This document shows positions 36,961 to 50,606 of a stretch of 64,000 nt of DNA, one piece after another; position 1 is the first letter of the stretch; each line of letters begins with the position of its first letter. The translations under genes were made by a program, and so were the position numbers. Location of the stretch: NCBI RefSeq assembly GCF_018977255.1, contig NW_024704778.1, positions 248,001-312,000 of the forward strand. The letters run 5' to 3'. Source of the DNA: Callorhinchus milii (taxonomy: Eukaryota). The notes under the pieces were generated by a model. It was not told where the DNA came from and ran no database searches. It saw only the letters and a program-made list of their open reading frames with translations.

Positions 36961-38819
36961 GATTCCCCGGAGAGCGAGGAACGGGATTTCAGGAGGAGGA
37001 AGGCTTGGGGTGGGGGGGGGATGGGGAATAGGGCGGAGCAGGAGGAGGGGGAGGTCACCAGCTCAGTGTCGCTCACGCTCCCCTGGGTCTCTCTCTCTGC
37101 CAGTGGTTCTGCCGCCCTCGGTGTCTTCAGTTCAGACCATCCCAGCGTCCATCCCGCAAGAGGCTCACACAGAGGTGCTATGCATTTGCTTTAGAGTAGG
37201 ACTGGAGTTGGGGGGGGGGGGGCGGGGGGGTTTGTGTGCGTAGTCCAGAGTGAGAGGTTCCAGGTCAGGGTGGGAGGCTGTGGGGAGAAAGAGAGAGACT
37301 TCATTCTCTTTTTTCCTCCCCGACATCTTTAAAGTCCGCCCCGAACAACAATGGACAATGTAAACGTAAGCCGAACAGGCTCAGATGGGGGGCGGGGGTG
37401 GGGGGGGGGGGGGGTGAGCGAGGTTTAACGTCTCACCCAAAGGACGGTGGCTCTCTCTCTCCCTCTTTCTCTCCCCAGCACTGGGCCTGTGAGAAAGGGC
37501 CTCAAAGTATCCTTTACCTCAAGGGTCAGTGGCCGGGGTTATGAGCGAAGGACAGTTGAGGCCTGGACACTGGGAGTCCTGGATAGGACGCAGCTTAACG
37601 CTGTCTCGTTGGTGGGCGATGAGAACATAAGAACTTTGTTGGCGTAAGAAGGCCGAGGTCCATCCCGTTCGACTTCCACCATCCGGCAGTCGCTCGACAC
37701 GTCGCGCCCCAAACTGTGCACCGTATCCTCTTTCCCCGGGTATTATTTCCTGACAGAAATCGATGGCATTCCCCCCCTCCCTCCGTCTCCCTCGCGGGCC
37801 GTGTGCCCTGGTTCTGCCGGTCAGTACAAGACACAACAGCTGATATCGTGGTCTCCGCAGGATTCCAGTCGCTCTGGAGTTTCAAAGACGGTGACCCTCG
37901 CGCCCCTCGGGCTTCGGGGAGGATCCTCTGATGAGGTTGAAGAGCATCGAAACATCTCATCGTCAACTCTCTTCTCCCCCAAGTTTGTTCCTCCAACTCA
38001 CTCCCTCATTCCTTTCCCCTTCTTCAACTGATGTAATTGTGTGAAAATGTATATATGGGGAGTGGGAAAGGGAGGGAGGGGGAGAGGAGGGGGGGGGAGG
38101 GGGGGGGGGAGGCGGGAGGGGAAGAGAAGGAGATAGTTTTGAAATTTCAGTGTGGACTCGGAATGATTTTAGGCACATTTCTCTCTCTCTCTCTGTAAAA
38201 ACACTTGTATAAATAGTGACTCACACACAGAATTGGGAGTCTGGTCTCCATGTCGGGTGTGAAAGTGGCTCAGAGTTGATTTCATGAAAATATGAAAGAA
38301 CTGCTATTACTTAATTACTCCGAGTAATAACGAAACGTGGCTTTTTTTTTCCCACTTATAATAATAAAAAGAAGAATCGGCCGCGGGTCTGACACACACG
38401 GACACCGGGGTCAGCGTGAGCAGCTGGAGGCTGATACTCGGCGAGGGGCAGTGGGAGAGGGACAGGGGCCCCTCAGTAAACTCACAGAGATCCCAACACA
38501 CAGGACCGAGTCCCCCAGAGACCTTGTGGGGACTATGGGACACCTCACTGATCCAGGGAGCAGCCATTGCACGATCCACGTGACCACACCAAGTACAATT
38601 AAACGTTTGTGAGAAAAACAATTTCCACGCCTGTGAAAACTTTTGACGGATTTAATTGACGCAAGGCACGAAAATACTGTTTAAATTTACACATTCCCGT
38701 GTGAAAAAGTGAGTCAGGACGCTTAATATTTAAGAGGACTGCGTCACGTTAGTGAGAATTTGCGCATCGAGTGTGACCGCTCCTTGTAAACCCTGACTTG
38801 TAAAGAGAACAACAACAAC

Positions 38820-39125
38820 AAACAGTCCTGGCATTTGATAAAGCGCCTTATCACATCTTCGAGACGTCTCAAAGCGCTTCACAGAATTTACTGTACAGTG
38901 TAGTGACTCTACAGTTTGTGGGCGAAACGCAGCAGCCAATTGCGCACAGCAGCGTCCCACACACAGTCGTGGGCTGAGTAACAAAATTATTATTTTTTTA
39001 AGGGAAAATCGATCCACCGATCGACCAACAACCGGGTTCCTACTCACTGCTGAGTAAACAGAGGTGTGTAGTGTAAGGAAACTATTTTCCCGGCTGAGGA
39101 TCAAACCCAAGGCCTCTTGCTTTCA
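38820..39125 (-). mobile_element. tRNA-Deu-L2-type SINE (antisense); duplicate at ~50675-50980
   Basis: Family tail, core and degenerate head are all present. Confidence 0.75.
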
Positions 39126-39230
39126 AGGCTCTAAATGTTGGAATTTCCTCCGAGAGGCTAAATCGGGAGCAGGGAATGGCGGGGTGTGGGGGGGTGGGGG
39201 GGAGTGGTCAGACTCCCGCTCAGTGAATAC

Positions 39231-40349
39231 CTTTGCTCTCTCACTGTTCCACTTTGCCGTTGGCGAGGTTCTGGCTGGTGGCAGGGAGGCTGGTCTCTCC
39301 TCTGGCACAGACAGGCTGCTCAGCAGAGCTCGGCGTAGGACGTGGGGGCAGGAGGGCCCGGCCGGAATATCCCCAAAACCTGCCAACACGGTGAAAATCA
39401 GCTGCCGCAAAACACACAGTCACCACACTGTACAGTCAATCCTAACTCTGTCTCCAACTCCCGCTGTCACTGACCTGGGGAGTGTGGAGGGACACACAGT
39501 GTAGAGGGAGCTTTACTGTGTGAGAGCTGTAGAGAGGAGGTGATGTGACTCACCTTTCTGCACCACGTCCGGCAGCCCATACGGCTCGTACTCCGTGTCG
39601 TCGAAGGCCACCGACAGGTGCTGTAGAAACCCCCGTCTCTGCAGTAACTTCCGGGCCAACTCTGCCGGCTCCACCTTCAGCCCCAGCTCCGTTGGCTGCA
39701 TTCTCGCTGTGTGTAATCGCACTCCCTGCTCCCCACCTGTCGCCTTCCTGCCGGTCCTTCTGCTCGTATCCTGGTCAACGACGCCTCTCGTGTGGGGGTC
39801 TCGACCTTTTGTGTGGGGGTCTTGGCCTCTCGTGTGGGGTGTCGGCCTCTCGTGTGGGGGTCCCGGCCTCTTGTGTGGGAGTCTCGACCTCTTGTGTGGG
39901 AGTCTCGACCTCTCGTGTGGGGTCTTGCCTCTCGTGTGGGGGTGTCGGCCTCTTGTGTGGGAGTCTCGACCTCTTGTGTGGAAGTCTCGACCTCTTGTGT
40001 GGGTGGTCTCGACCTCTTGTGTGGGGGTCTCGACCTCTTGTGTGGGGTCTCAACCTCTTGTGTGGGAGTCTCTACCTTTTGTGTGGGAGTCTCGACCTCT
40101 TGTGTGGGGGTCTCGACCTCTTGTGTGGGGGTCTTGGCCTCTCGTGTGGGGGTCTCGACCTCTTGTGTGGGAGTCTTGGCCTCTCGTGTGGGGGTCTCGA
40201 CCTCTTGTGTGGGAGTCTCTACCTTTTGTGTGGGAGTCTCGACCTCTTGTGTGGGTGTCTTGGCCTCTCGTGTGGGTGTCTTGGCCTCTCGTGTGGGGGT
40301 CTCGGCCTCTCGTGTGGGGGTCCCGAGAGCTTCTTGAGTCTCAGGCTCT
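39231..40349 (-). pseudogene. Duplicate 3' fragment of the CENPF-like gene (frameshifted, probably an assembly duplicate)
   Basis: Near-identical to 51095-52217. Encodes DDTEYEPYGLPDVVQKG|FGDIPAGPSCPHVLRR, has several 1-bp indels in G/C runs, and ends at an N-gap. Confidence 0.6.
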
Positions 40350-41223
40350 NNNNNNNNNNNNNNNNNNNNNNNNNTCTCCCTCTCACACACACTCTCTCCC
40401 TCTCACACACTCTCTCTCTCTCACACATCTCCTCCTCCCCCTCTCTCTCCTCTCTCACACTGCCCCCCCTCTCCACCCTCTCTCTCCTCTCACACACTCC
40501 CCCCCTCTCCAATCTTCTCTCACCTCACCCCTCTGCTCTCTCTCACACACTCTCTCTCTCTCTCCTCACACTCCCCTCCCCCTCTCCCACTCTCTCTCCC
40601 TCTCACCACTCCCCACTCTCTCCCTCTCTCTACACACACTCTCCCCTCTCACCACACTCTCTCTCTCACACTCTCTCCCCTCCACACGCTCTCTCTCCAC
40701 TCCCCCTCTCTCTCCCCTCTCACCGCTCTCTCTCACCTCTCCCACGCTCTCTCTCCCTCTCCCTCTCTCTCCCTCTCATCTCCTACTCACTCCCCTCCAC
40801 ACGCTCTCTCTCTCCTCTCACACTCCCCTCCCTCGCCCTCTCTCTCCCTCGCACAGCTCCCCCCTCCCGCCTCTCCCCTCTCGCCCTCTCTCTCCTCTCA
40901 ATCCTGCACTGCTCTCTCCCTCCCTCTCACACCCCCCCGCTCCTCTCTCTCTCTCAGCACACTCCTCTCTCCCTCTCTACCCTCTCTCTTCTCCTCTCCA
41001 CCCTCTTCTCCCTCTCCGTCTCTCACACTCTCCCGCTCTCTCTCCCTCTCTGCACGCTCCCCTCTCTCCCTCCCGCCGCTCCTCTCTCCTCTCTCTCTGC
41101 TCTCTCTCACACTCTCCGCGCTCTCCCTCCCCCTCCCTCCTGCCTCTCTCTCTCCTCTCACACCCTCCCCTCTCCCTCTCCTCTCTCACACTCCGCCTCT
41201 TTCTCTCTCTCTCTCTCTCACAG

Positions 41224-42313
41224 GGAGTTCCGTTTCACCTCCGAGGTACCGATCTGGCTGGACTATCACGGCAAACATGTCACCATGGACCAGGTGAGGA
41301 GCGCGGGCCGGGGGGGGGGTGTCTCTCTATCTCCCTCTCCCTCTCTCTCTCTGTCACTCTCATCTCCTCTTCTCTCACCTCTCTACTCTCACTCTCTCTC
41401 TGCTCTCTCACTCTCTCTCTGTCTCTCCTCACTCCCTTCTCTCTCCGACTCTCTCCTTCTCCGTCTTCTCACTCTCTCTGGGTCGTACTACTGCTTCTTG
41501 TCTCTACACACTCTTCTCTGTCTCTCCTCTCTCTCTCTGCTCGTTACACTCTGCTCCTCTCGTCCTCTCTCTCTCTCTCTCTCTCTCTCTCGTCCTCTCT
41601 CTCTCTCTCCGTCGTACGCTCTCTCACCTCTCTCTCTCCCCTCAGGGTACGTTTGCCGGGATCCTGATTGGCCTCGCTCAGCTCAACTGCTCGGAACTCA
41701 AACTGAAACGTCTGTGCTGTCGTCACGGGTAAAGCTCTAACAGGGACACAGTACACGCCGCAAAGTGGGGGCTATACACCCCCTCCCCCCCACCACCACC
41801 GTCTCTNNNNNNNNNNNNNNNNNNNNNNNNNNNNNNNNNNNNNNNNNNNNNNNNNNNNNNNNNNNNNNNNNNNNNNNNNNNNNNNNNNNNNNNNNNNNNN
41901 NNNNNNNNNNNNNNNNNNNNNNNNNNNNNNNNNNNNNNNNNNNNNNNNNNNNNNNNNNNNNNNNNNNNNNNNNNNNNNNNNNNNNNNNNNNACTCTGGCT
42001 TGGTGTGGGCTGGGGTTTGAGTGGTGGGGGTTGACATCACGTCTGAAGACCTTCCTCTGTGACCCACGGTCCGCCCCCCACCCCCCCACCCCTCCCGCCG
42101 GCTCCTGGGCGCTGCCTGTGTGAGTGCCGGCTGAAGTTGTTGTTGTTGTTGGTGTGACAGGCTGCTGGGAGTGGACAAGGTGATAAACTATGCTCTGAGC
42201 GAGTGGCTGACGGATATCAGGAAAAACCAACTGCCCGGGATTCTGGGCGGGGTTGGCCCCATGCACTCTGTCGTTCAGCTCTGTGAGTATCTCCCCCACC
42301 ACCACCCCCCCCA

Positions 42314-42353
<40 letters not shown>

Positions 42354-44525
42354 GATACACACGCACACGCCTCTGGTTACCAGCAGTATGTAGTGTAGTG
42401 TACGCACAGTGTAGAGGAGCTTTACTGTGTCTCTAACCCTGACCTGGGGGTATGGACGCACAGTGTAAAGCACAGTATGGAGGGGTTTGGGGGCTGGGAT
42501 GGGGTTGGGGTTTGGGATGGGGTTGGGGGCTGGGATGGGGTTGGGGGGCTGGGATGGGGTTGGGGTTTGGTGGCTGGGTTGGGGGCTGGGATGGGGTTGG
42601 GGGGCTGGGATGGGGTTTGGGTGCTGGGATGGGGTTGGGGTTTGGGATGGGGTCGGGGTTTAGGATGGGGTTGGGGGCTGGGATGGGGTTGGGGGCTGGG
42701 TTGGGGTTTGGGATGGGGTTGGGGGCTGGGATGGGGTTGGGGGCTGGGATGGGGTTTGGGTGCTGGGATGGGGTTGGGGGCTGGGATGGGGTTGGGGTTT
42801 GGGGCTGGGTGGGGCTGTACAGTGACTGATGTCCTCTCTCTCTCTCTCTCTCCCCACCCCAGTCCATGGGCTCAGAGACCTGTTCTGGCTCCCGATCGAG
42901 CAATACCGTAAAGACGGGAGGATTATGCGGGGTCTGCAGAGGGGGGCAGCTTCCTTCGGCACCTCAACAGCCTCGGCTGCCCTCGAGCTCAGCAACCGAC
43001 TGGTCCAGGCCATTCAGGTACCCGGGAGAGGGAGGGCGAGAGAGGGGAGAAGGGGGAAGAAAGGAAGATGGAGGAGTGCAAGGAGAGAGAGAGAGGGAGG
43101 AGGGAGGGAGGGCGGGCGAGGGGGGGAGAGAAGGGAGGGGAAAGAGAGAGAGTGAAGGAGGGGGCTAGAGAGAAAGAGGGGGAGAGAGAGGCCGGGAGGT
43201 GGGGAAGAGAGGGAGGGAGGTGTGTGTGTGTGTGTGTGTGTGTAGGGCAGGGTGTCTCAGTCTCTGTGTGTCTCAGTCTCCGTGTCTCAGGCTCTGTGTC
43301 TCAGTCTCTCTGTGTGTCTCAGTCTCTGTGTGTCTCAGTCTCTGTGTCTCAGTCTCTCTCTGTGTGTCTCAGTCTCTCTCTGTGTGTCTCAGTCTCTGTG
43401 TGTCTCAGTCTCTGTGTGTCTCAGTCTCTGTGTGTCTCAGTCTCTGTCTGTCTCAGTCTCTGTGTGTCTCAGTCTCTGTGTGTCTCAGTCTCTCTCTGTG
43501 TGTCTCAGTCTCTGTGTGTCTCAGTCTCTCTGTGTCTCAGTCTCTGTGTGTCTCAGTCTCTGTGTGTCTCAGTCTCTGTCTGTCTCAGTCTCTGTGTGTC
43601 TCAGTCTCTGTGTGTCTCAGTCTCTGTGTCTCAGTCTCTCTCTGTGTGTCTCAGTCTCTGTGTCTCAGTCTCTGTGTGTCTCAGTCTCTGTGTGTCTCAG
43701 TCTCTGTGTGTCTCAGTCTCTCTGTGTCTCAGTCTCTGTGTGTCTCAGTCTCTGTGTGTCTCAGTCTCTGTGTGTCTCAGTCTCTGTGTGTCTCAGTCTC
43801 TGTGTGTCTCAGTCTCTGTGTCTCAGTCTCTCTCTGTGTGTCTCAGTCTCTGTGTGTCTCAGTCTCTGTGTGTCTCAGTCTCTCTGTGTCTCACTCTCTC
43901 TGTGTCTCAGTCTCTGTGTGTCTCAGTCTCTGTGTGTCTCAGTCTCTGTGTCTCAGTCTCTCTCCCTCGCTGTGTGACAGGCGACAGCAGAGACGGTGTA
44001 TGACATCCTCTCGCCCACCCCCCCCATTACCAAGGCCTTGACTGATCGCAGACACCTGAGGAGATCGCGGAGAGGACAACAGCCGGCTGACCTGAGGGAG
44101 GGGGTGGCCAAGGCTTACGACACCGTCCGAGAGGTAATCCCTTCAGCNNNNNNNNNNNNNNNNNNNNNNNNNNNNNNNNNNNNNNNNNNNNNNNNNNNNN
44201 NNNNNNNNNNNNNNNNNNNNNNNNNNNNNNNNNNNNNNNNNNNNNNNNNNNNNNNNNNNNNNNNNNNNNNNNNNNNNNNNNNNNNNNNGGGCGTGTTGGA
44301 CACGGCCCTCACCATGTGTGACGTGGCCGCCCGGGGGCACGAGCAGAAGGGGCTGACGGGGGCGGTGGGCGGGGTCCTGAGGCAGATCCCCCCACGGTGG
44401 TCCGGCCTCTGATCGTGGCGACGGAGGCCACCTCCAGCCTCCTGGGGGGCATGAGGAACCAGATCCGACCTGACGCCCGCAAGGACGACAGTTTAAAATG
44501 GCGATCGGAGGAGAACCGGGAATAG
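41224..44525 (+). CDS. ATG2A: Autophagy-related protein 2A, last 6 exons (copy 2)
   Basis: Exons 41224-41293, 41646-41728, 42161-42282, 42863-43017, 43981-44133, 44290-44525: [23 protein letters not shown]|[28 protein letters not shown]|[40 protein letters not shown]... The last exon is 1 bp shorter than in copy 1 (C-run at ~44390), probably a sequencing error. Confidence 0.9.
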
Positions 44526-45490
44526 TGAGCCTGGAAAACCAGCCGGGAATAGCAACCCGTGAAGGCCTCTCCCGGCTCCGACACTGACTGACTCTCTCTC
44601 CTCCCGGGCAAAGCTTTTTTTTCTTTTTTTTTTTGCTGTTCGTATGTTTTTTCCGACACACACGGAAACCCGTCGCCGTGACCGGTCGGGTGTCTGACAC
44701 ACACACACACACGGAAACCCGTCACCGTGACCGGCCGTGTGTCTGACACACACGGAAACCCGTCACCGTGACCGGTCGGGTGTCTGACGCACACACACAC
44801 GGAAACCCGTCACCGTGACCGGCCGTGTGTCTGACACACACACACACGGAAACCCGTCACCGTGACCGGCCGTGTGTCTGACACACACGGAAACCCGTCA
44901 CCGTGACCGGCCGTGTGTCTGACACACTTAAGAGTCTCCAAACCCGACCGAGAATTCCCCACATTCCCGGCTTCACATGGAAATCCCAGAGAGGGATTGT
45001 AGGAATGGAATGCGCTCTCTCTCTCTCTCTCTCCCTGTTGCGCGCTCTCTCCCTGGAGGGCCACACAGGGAGAGAGAGAGAGAGAGAGAGAGAGAGTGAG
45101 CGCCGATGTGGGGCTGAACGTGGGAACTTCGCTGCTTCCCGGACAGCGAGTGAGGGAGTGGGTCAGAGTGACTCACTCCGAGTCAGACTCGGCTAAACTG
45201 TTACCGGTGGCAGTGGGGCTGTGTGTGTGTGTCTGTGTGTCTGTGTGTGTGGGTGTGTGTCTGTGTGTGTGTCTGTGAGACTGAGAGAGTGTCTGTGTGT
45301 ACATGAGTGTGTGCCCCCCCACCCTCTGGAACTCCATCCCACAGCCCTCGCCCCCTTCCTCCCTCCCTCCTTCCCTCCTTACACCCCTCCCTCCCTCCCT
45401 CCCTCCGTCGCCTCCTTCAAGACCCGTCTCAAGACCCTCCTCATCGACCGCGTCTCATAACCCAGGTATCTCAAGTCTGTGTGTGCGCCC

Positions 45491-45522
<32 letters not shown>

Positions 45523-47051
45523 CATGCTGTGCGTGTGCACTGTGTGTCTGTGTGTGCGCGCGCTGTGTGCGTGCGCTGTCTGTGCGTGCGCGCGCGGCGT
45601 GCGTGTGCTGGTTGCGCGTGCGCACTGTGTGTTGCGTGCGCTGTGTGTATGTGCGCTCTGTGTGCGCGCGCTGCGTGTGCGTGTGCGTGTGTGTGTGTGA
45701 GCTGTGTGTGTGTGTGCGCGCTGTGTGTGTGGGGTCGAAAGTGGGAATGGAGTGGGTGGGGTGGGGTGGGTGGGGTGGGGTGGGTGGGGGTGTTTGTGAC
45801 CCGGTGCTGTGTTCATGACTGTGAGATTGATGGGTATTACATGTGTTATTGTGTATAATACAAACCCACTGTACATAAACAATACAATACCTTTAAAAAG
45901 TGCAATTATCAAACAACAGACCAACCGCCTGTGTGTGAAGGTACATTTGTCTCACACTGACCCCATATCAGGAGGTAATATCTGTGGAGTATATTAATGA
46001 TCATTGTAATTCCCTTTGTTATTCCAGGAGACAAAACTATTTATTTTACACGGGTTCTGACCCCAAAACACACACACGGACACCTGTCACCGTGACACAC
46101 GGAAACCGCTGCGTGTCCAGCCCGGACCCCCCCCCCCCCCCGCCAGTCAGTCAGTGGGGGCTATGGCTGTGGGGTTACCAGGGGCTGAGGGGAGGATTCT
46201 CTGCCCCCAGTGACTGGTCGGCCCTTTCCAGGTCCTCCCGTGTCTGGGCCGGACCGCCACCAGCAGTGAGTGCCCGGGGACCCTCGGCCCCTCCGGGCTC
46301 GGGAACCGGGGACCCTCGGCCCCTCCGGGCTCGGGAACCGGGGACCCTCGGCCCCTCCGGGCTCGGGAACCGGGGCCCCTCCGGGCTCGGGAACCGGGGA
46401 CCCTCGGCCCCTCTGGGCTCGGGAACCGGGGCCCTCCGGGCTCGGGAACCGGGGACCCTCAGCCCCTCCGGGCTCGGGAACCGGGGGCCCTCGGCCCCTC
46501 CGGGCTCGGGAACCGGGGGCTCGAGACCCTCACAGAGGGAGGGGGCAGAGACAGAGAGAGAGAGACCGGCACAGACGGGGTGTGGGGGGGGGGGGAGGGC
46601 TGGGGCTCGATCCCCACATACAATCTGTTCGGAATGATAAGTATTTTGCTAAAATTAGTGTCCAAGAAGCTGTAGTGCGTTATACTAAAGGTCATCAGGA
46701 ACACGTGTGTGTGTCCCTGTATGTGTGTGGGTCCGTGTGCGTGTCCGTGTGTGTGTGTGTCCCTGTGTGTGTGTCCGTGTCTGTGTGTCCCAGTGTGTGT
46801 GTCCCTGTGTGTGTGTCCGTGTCTGTCCCAGTGTGTGTGTGTGTCCGTGTCTGTGTGTGTCCCTGTGTGTGTGTGTGTGTCCCTGTGTGTGTGTTTGTGT
46901 CCCTGTGTGTCCATGTGTGTGTGATCTCACCATTCAATGTTCATCGCCCACCCCCTCTTCCCCCCTTTCTCTGGGTGGTGGTGGGGGGGGGGTGGGATGT
47001 GAGATGTCTCAGTGCCACCCCCCACCCCCCCCCCACCCCACCTCTCGCCCC

Positions 47052-49310
47052 TCAGGTTGTCTCGGTGTCTGTGAGCCTCTGCGTCAGGGCCTGGGAGAAG
47101 ATGTCCATGAGGTTATGGAGCCCCAGGAGGTATCCATCCTCTCGGTTCCCCTCCTCCCAGGGAATGTCGTGCCTCAGGGTCTGGCCCTGGGGGAGGGCTG
47201 TGGTCTTCCCAAAGTCGATCAGCCAAACCTCCGGCTTCCCCAGACTCTCGTGGACAAACAGCAGCGAACTCCCGATCACCTACAGCAACAACAACAACAA
47301 CAACAACAACACTGACCACCTCTCGCGGCAGGAGGGAGAACGTTCCCAGGCCCGGGGACAGTCAGGGGCTTGGACCCGAGCCGGACAGGGGGTTGGGATC
47401 GGGAGGGGGTGGAGGGTGGGGGTAGGAGGGTGACCGAAGGCCCGGTTGGTCAGTCGAAGAGGAAGGGGGCGCTGGGAAATGCAAGTTGTCGTCGTTGGCT
47501 TCCACTTACCTCGTGCGTCTTGAAGAAGACCGACCGACCCAAAGCCTCTTCGATGGATCTCAGCTGTTCCAGGTAACCTTTCTGCGAAAGACAATCCCAA
47601 TCCCTCAGCAAACAGTCACTACACTCCATTGCTATCGGGTGAATCCCCGGGAAGCGACAGAGAGAGAGGGAGAGAGAGAGAGAGAGAGACCTCTGTGTGT
47701 GGGAGCCACTGGGCTCAGATGTAAGGATTATTGTTCTTACTAATATTTATTATTGTAATTGTCGGGGCATCGAGGGGCGGTGGGGGGCGGTGGGGGGGGG
47801 GCGAGGGGCGGGTAATTGGAGCCGAGGTACGGATCAGCCATAGAACGGCGGAACAGGCTGGAGGGGCTGAATGGCCTCGTCCTGTTGCTCTATTCCTCAG
47901 GGTCAGACCTCGAAACGCCCACCAGACACGAATAGGAACACGGTAACGTCCTCCGCCCACCCCCACCCCCCCTCCCGCTTCCCCCCTACACCCCCCAACC
48001 CCCCCCCCCCGCTCCCCACCCCCCACCCCTCGGCCTCTCGGTCTCAGCCTCACCAGAATGTCCACCTCACCCCCAGTGAACCTCAGTAACGTGGCTGTGA
48101 TCTGCTCTCGGCTCCGCGTTTGCTTAAAGTCTTTCAGGACTTTCCCATCGGCCGTCTGTAACTCAGACAATAATCACATTACAGCCCACGGTCTGAGCGG
48201 CCGATAGTGTTATTGTTATCATTGTTATTATTGTTATTATTGATGTTATTACTGTTATTATTGATGTTATTATTGATGTTATTGCTGTCATTATTGATGT
48301 TATTATTGATGTTATTACTGTCATTATTTGTCGCTATTAATGTGTTACTGACATTACGATTATTATTTTTGTTACTAATCTGTTTGTGGTGAATATCGTT
48401 ATTAATATTATAATTCCTATTGCTGTTGTTTTATTGTTATTAATGTTGTTGTTGTTGTTGTTGTTGATATCAGACGCCGGGAAACCCTTCGTCGCGGGAG
48501 GTGCCTTCACGGTTTCACGGTCTCGTCTGAGCCAACGAGGGACGGGGTCAGTGATTGGAGAGAGCGAGGGAGCGAGGGAGAGGGGAGAGGTTGAGGGAGG
48601 GGGAGGGAGAGATGAAGGGAGGGAGGGTGATGGAGGGAGAGGAGGGAGCGATGGAGGGAGAGATGGAGGGAGGGAGAGGAGAGAGATGGAGGGAGGGAGA
48701 GATGGAGGGAAGGAGGGAAGGAGAGATGGAGGGAAGGAGGGAGGGAGAGATGGAGGGAGGGTGATGGAGGGAGAGGAGAGAGATGGAGGGAAGGAGAGAT
48801 GGAGGGAAGGAGAGATGGAGGGAGGGAGAGATGGAGGGAGGGTGATGGAGGGAGAGGAGGGAGCGATGGAGGGAGAGATAGAGGGAGGGAGAGGAGAGAG
48901 ATGGAGGGAGGGAGGGAGAGATGGAAGGAGGGTGATGGAGGGAGCGATGGAGAGAGAGATGGAGGGAGGGAGAGAGATGGAGGGAGGGAGAGATGGAGGG
49001 AGGGAGGGAGAGATGGAGGGAGGGAGAGATGGAAGGAGGGTGATGGGGGGAGCGATGGAGAGAGAGATGGAGGGAGGGAGGGAGAGGAGAGAGAGATGGA
49101 GGGATGGAGCGAGAGATGGAGGGAGGGTGATGGAGGGTGGAGGGGCCTCACCGTCAGCCCCTCGATGCGGAAGGCGAGGCTGGAGGTGGAGCTCAGGGTC
49201 TCGCGCCACCTCATGTACTGCAGTTTGGTGACGGCGCCCAAACTGTGGTCCTCAGGACTCGGGGCCTCCGGGTCAACTCTCCTCATCTTCAGGTACAGGT
49301 CCTTCCGCCC
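47052..49310 (-). CDS. ITPKC: ITPKC-type IP3 3-kinase, last 4 exons (copy 2; the most 5' exon is truncated)
   Basis: Exons (-) ~49310-49152 ([52 protein letters not shown]), 48155-48054, 47581-47510, 47279-47052. Confidence 0.82.
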
Positions 49311-50606
49311 TCTTTCTCTCCCCAGCACTGGGCCTGTGAGAAAGGGCCTCAAAGTATCCTTTACCTCAAGGGTCAGTGGCCGGGGTTATGAGCGAAGGAC
49401 AGTTGAGGCCTGGACACTGGGAGTCCTGGATAGGACGCAGCTTAACGCTGTCTCGTTGGGTGGGCGATGAGAACATAAGAACTTTGTTGGCGAAAGAAGG
49501 CCGAGGTCCATCCCGTTCGACTTCCACCATCCGGGCAGTCGCTCGACACGTCGCGCCCCCAAACTGTGCACCGTATCCTCTTTCCCCGGGTATTATTTCC
49601 TGACAGAAATCGATGGCATTCCCCCCCTCCCTCCGTCTCCCTCGCGGGCCGTGTGCCCTGGTTCTGCCGGTCAGTACAAGACACAACAGCTGATATCGTG
49701 GTCTCCGCAGGATTCCAGTCGCTCTGGAGTTTCAAAGACGGTGACCCTCGCGCCCCTCGGGCTTCGGGGAGGATCCTCTGATGAGGTTGAAGAGCATCGA
49801 AACATCTCATCGTCAACTCTCTTCTCCCCCAAGTTTGTTCCTCCAACTCACTCCCTCATTCCTTTCCCCTTCTTCAACTGATGTAATTGTGTGAAAATGT
49901 ATATATGGGGAGTGGGAAAGGGAGGGAGGGGGAGAGGAGGGGGGGGGAGGGGGGGGGGGAGGCGGAGAGGGAAGAGAAGGAGATAGTTTTGAAATTTCAG
50001 TGTGGACTCGGAATGATTTTAGGCACATTTCTCTCTCTCTCTCTGTAAAAACACTTGTATAAATAGTGACTCACACACAGAATTGGGAGTCTGGTCTCCA
50101 TGTCGGGTGTGAAAGTGGCTCAGAGTTGATTTCATGAAAATATGAAAGAACTGCTATTACTTAATTACTCCGAGTAATAACGAAACGTGGCTTTTTTTTT
50201 CCCACTTATAATAATAAAAAGAAGAATCGGCCGCGGGTCTGACACACACGGACACCGGGTCAGCGTGAGCAGCTGGAGGCTGATACTCGGCGAGGGGCAG
50301 TGGGAGAGGGACAGGGGCCCCTCAGTAAACTCACAGAGATCCCAACACACAGGACCGAGTCCCCCAGAGACCTTGTGGGGACTATGGGACACCTCACTGA
50401 TCCAGGGAGCAGCCATTGGCACGATCCACGTGACCACACCAAGGTACAATTAAACGTTTGTGAGAAAAACAATTTCCACGCCTGTGAAAACTTTTGACGG
50501 ATTTAATTGACGCAAGGCACGAAAATACTGTTTAAATTTACACATTCCCGTGTGAAAAAGTGAGTCAGGACGCTTAATATTTAAGAGGACTGGTCCTGTC
50601 GTCACG

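Noticed and set aside
39545-41740. 731-aa and 690-aa + strand ORFs
   Set aside because: Antisense of the CENPF-like repeat, plus an N-gap and a CT-rich intron; only the short ATG2A exons within them are real.
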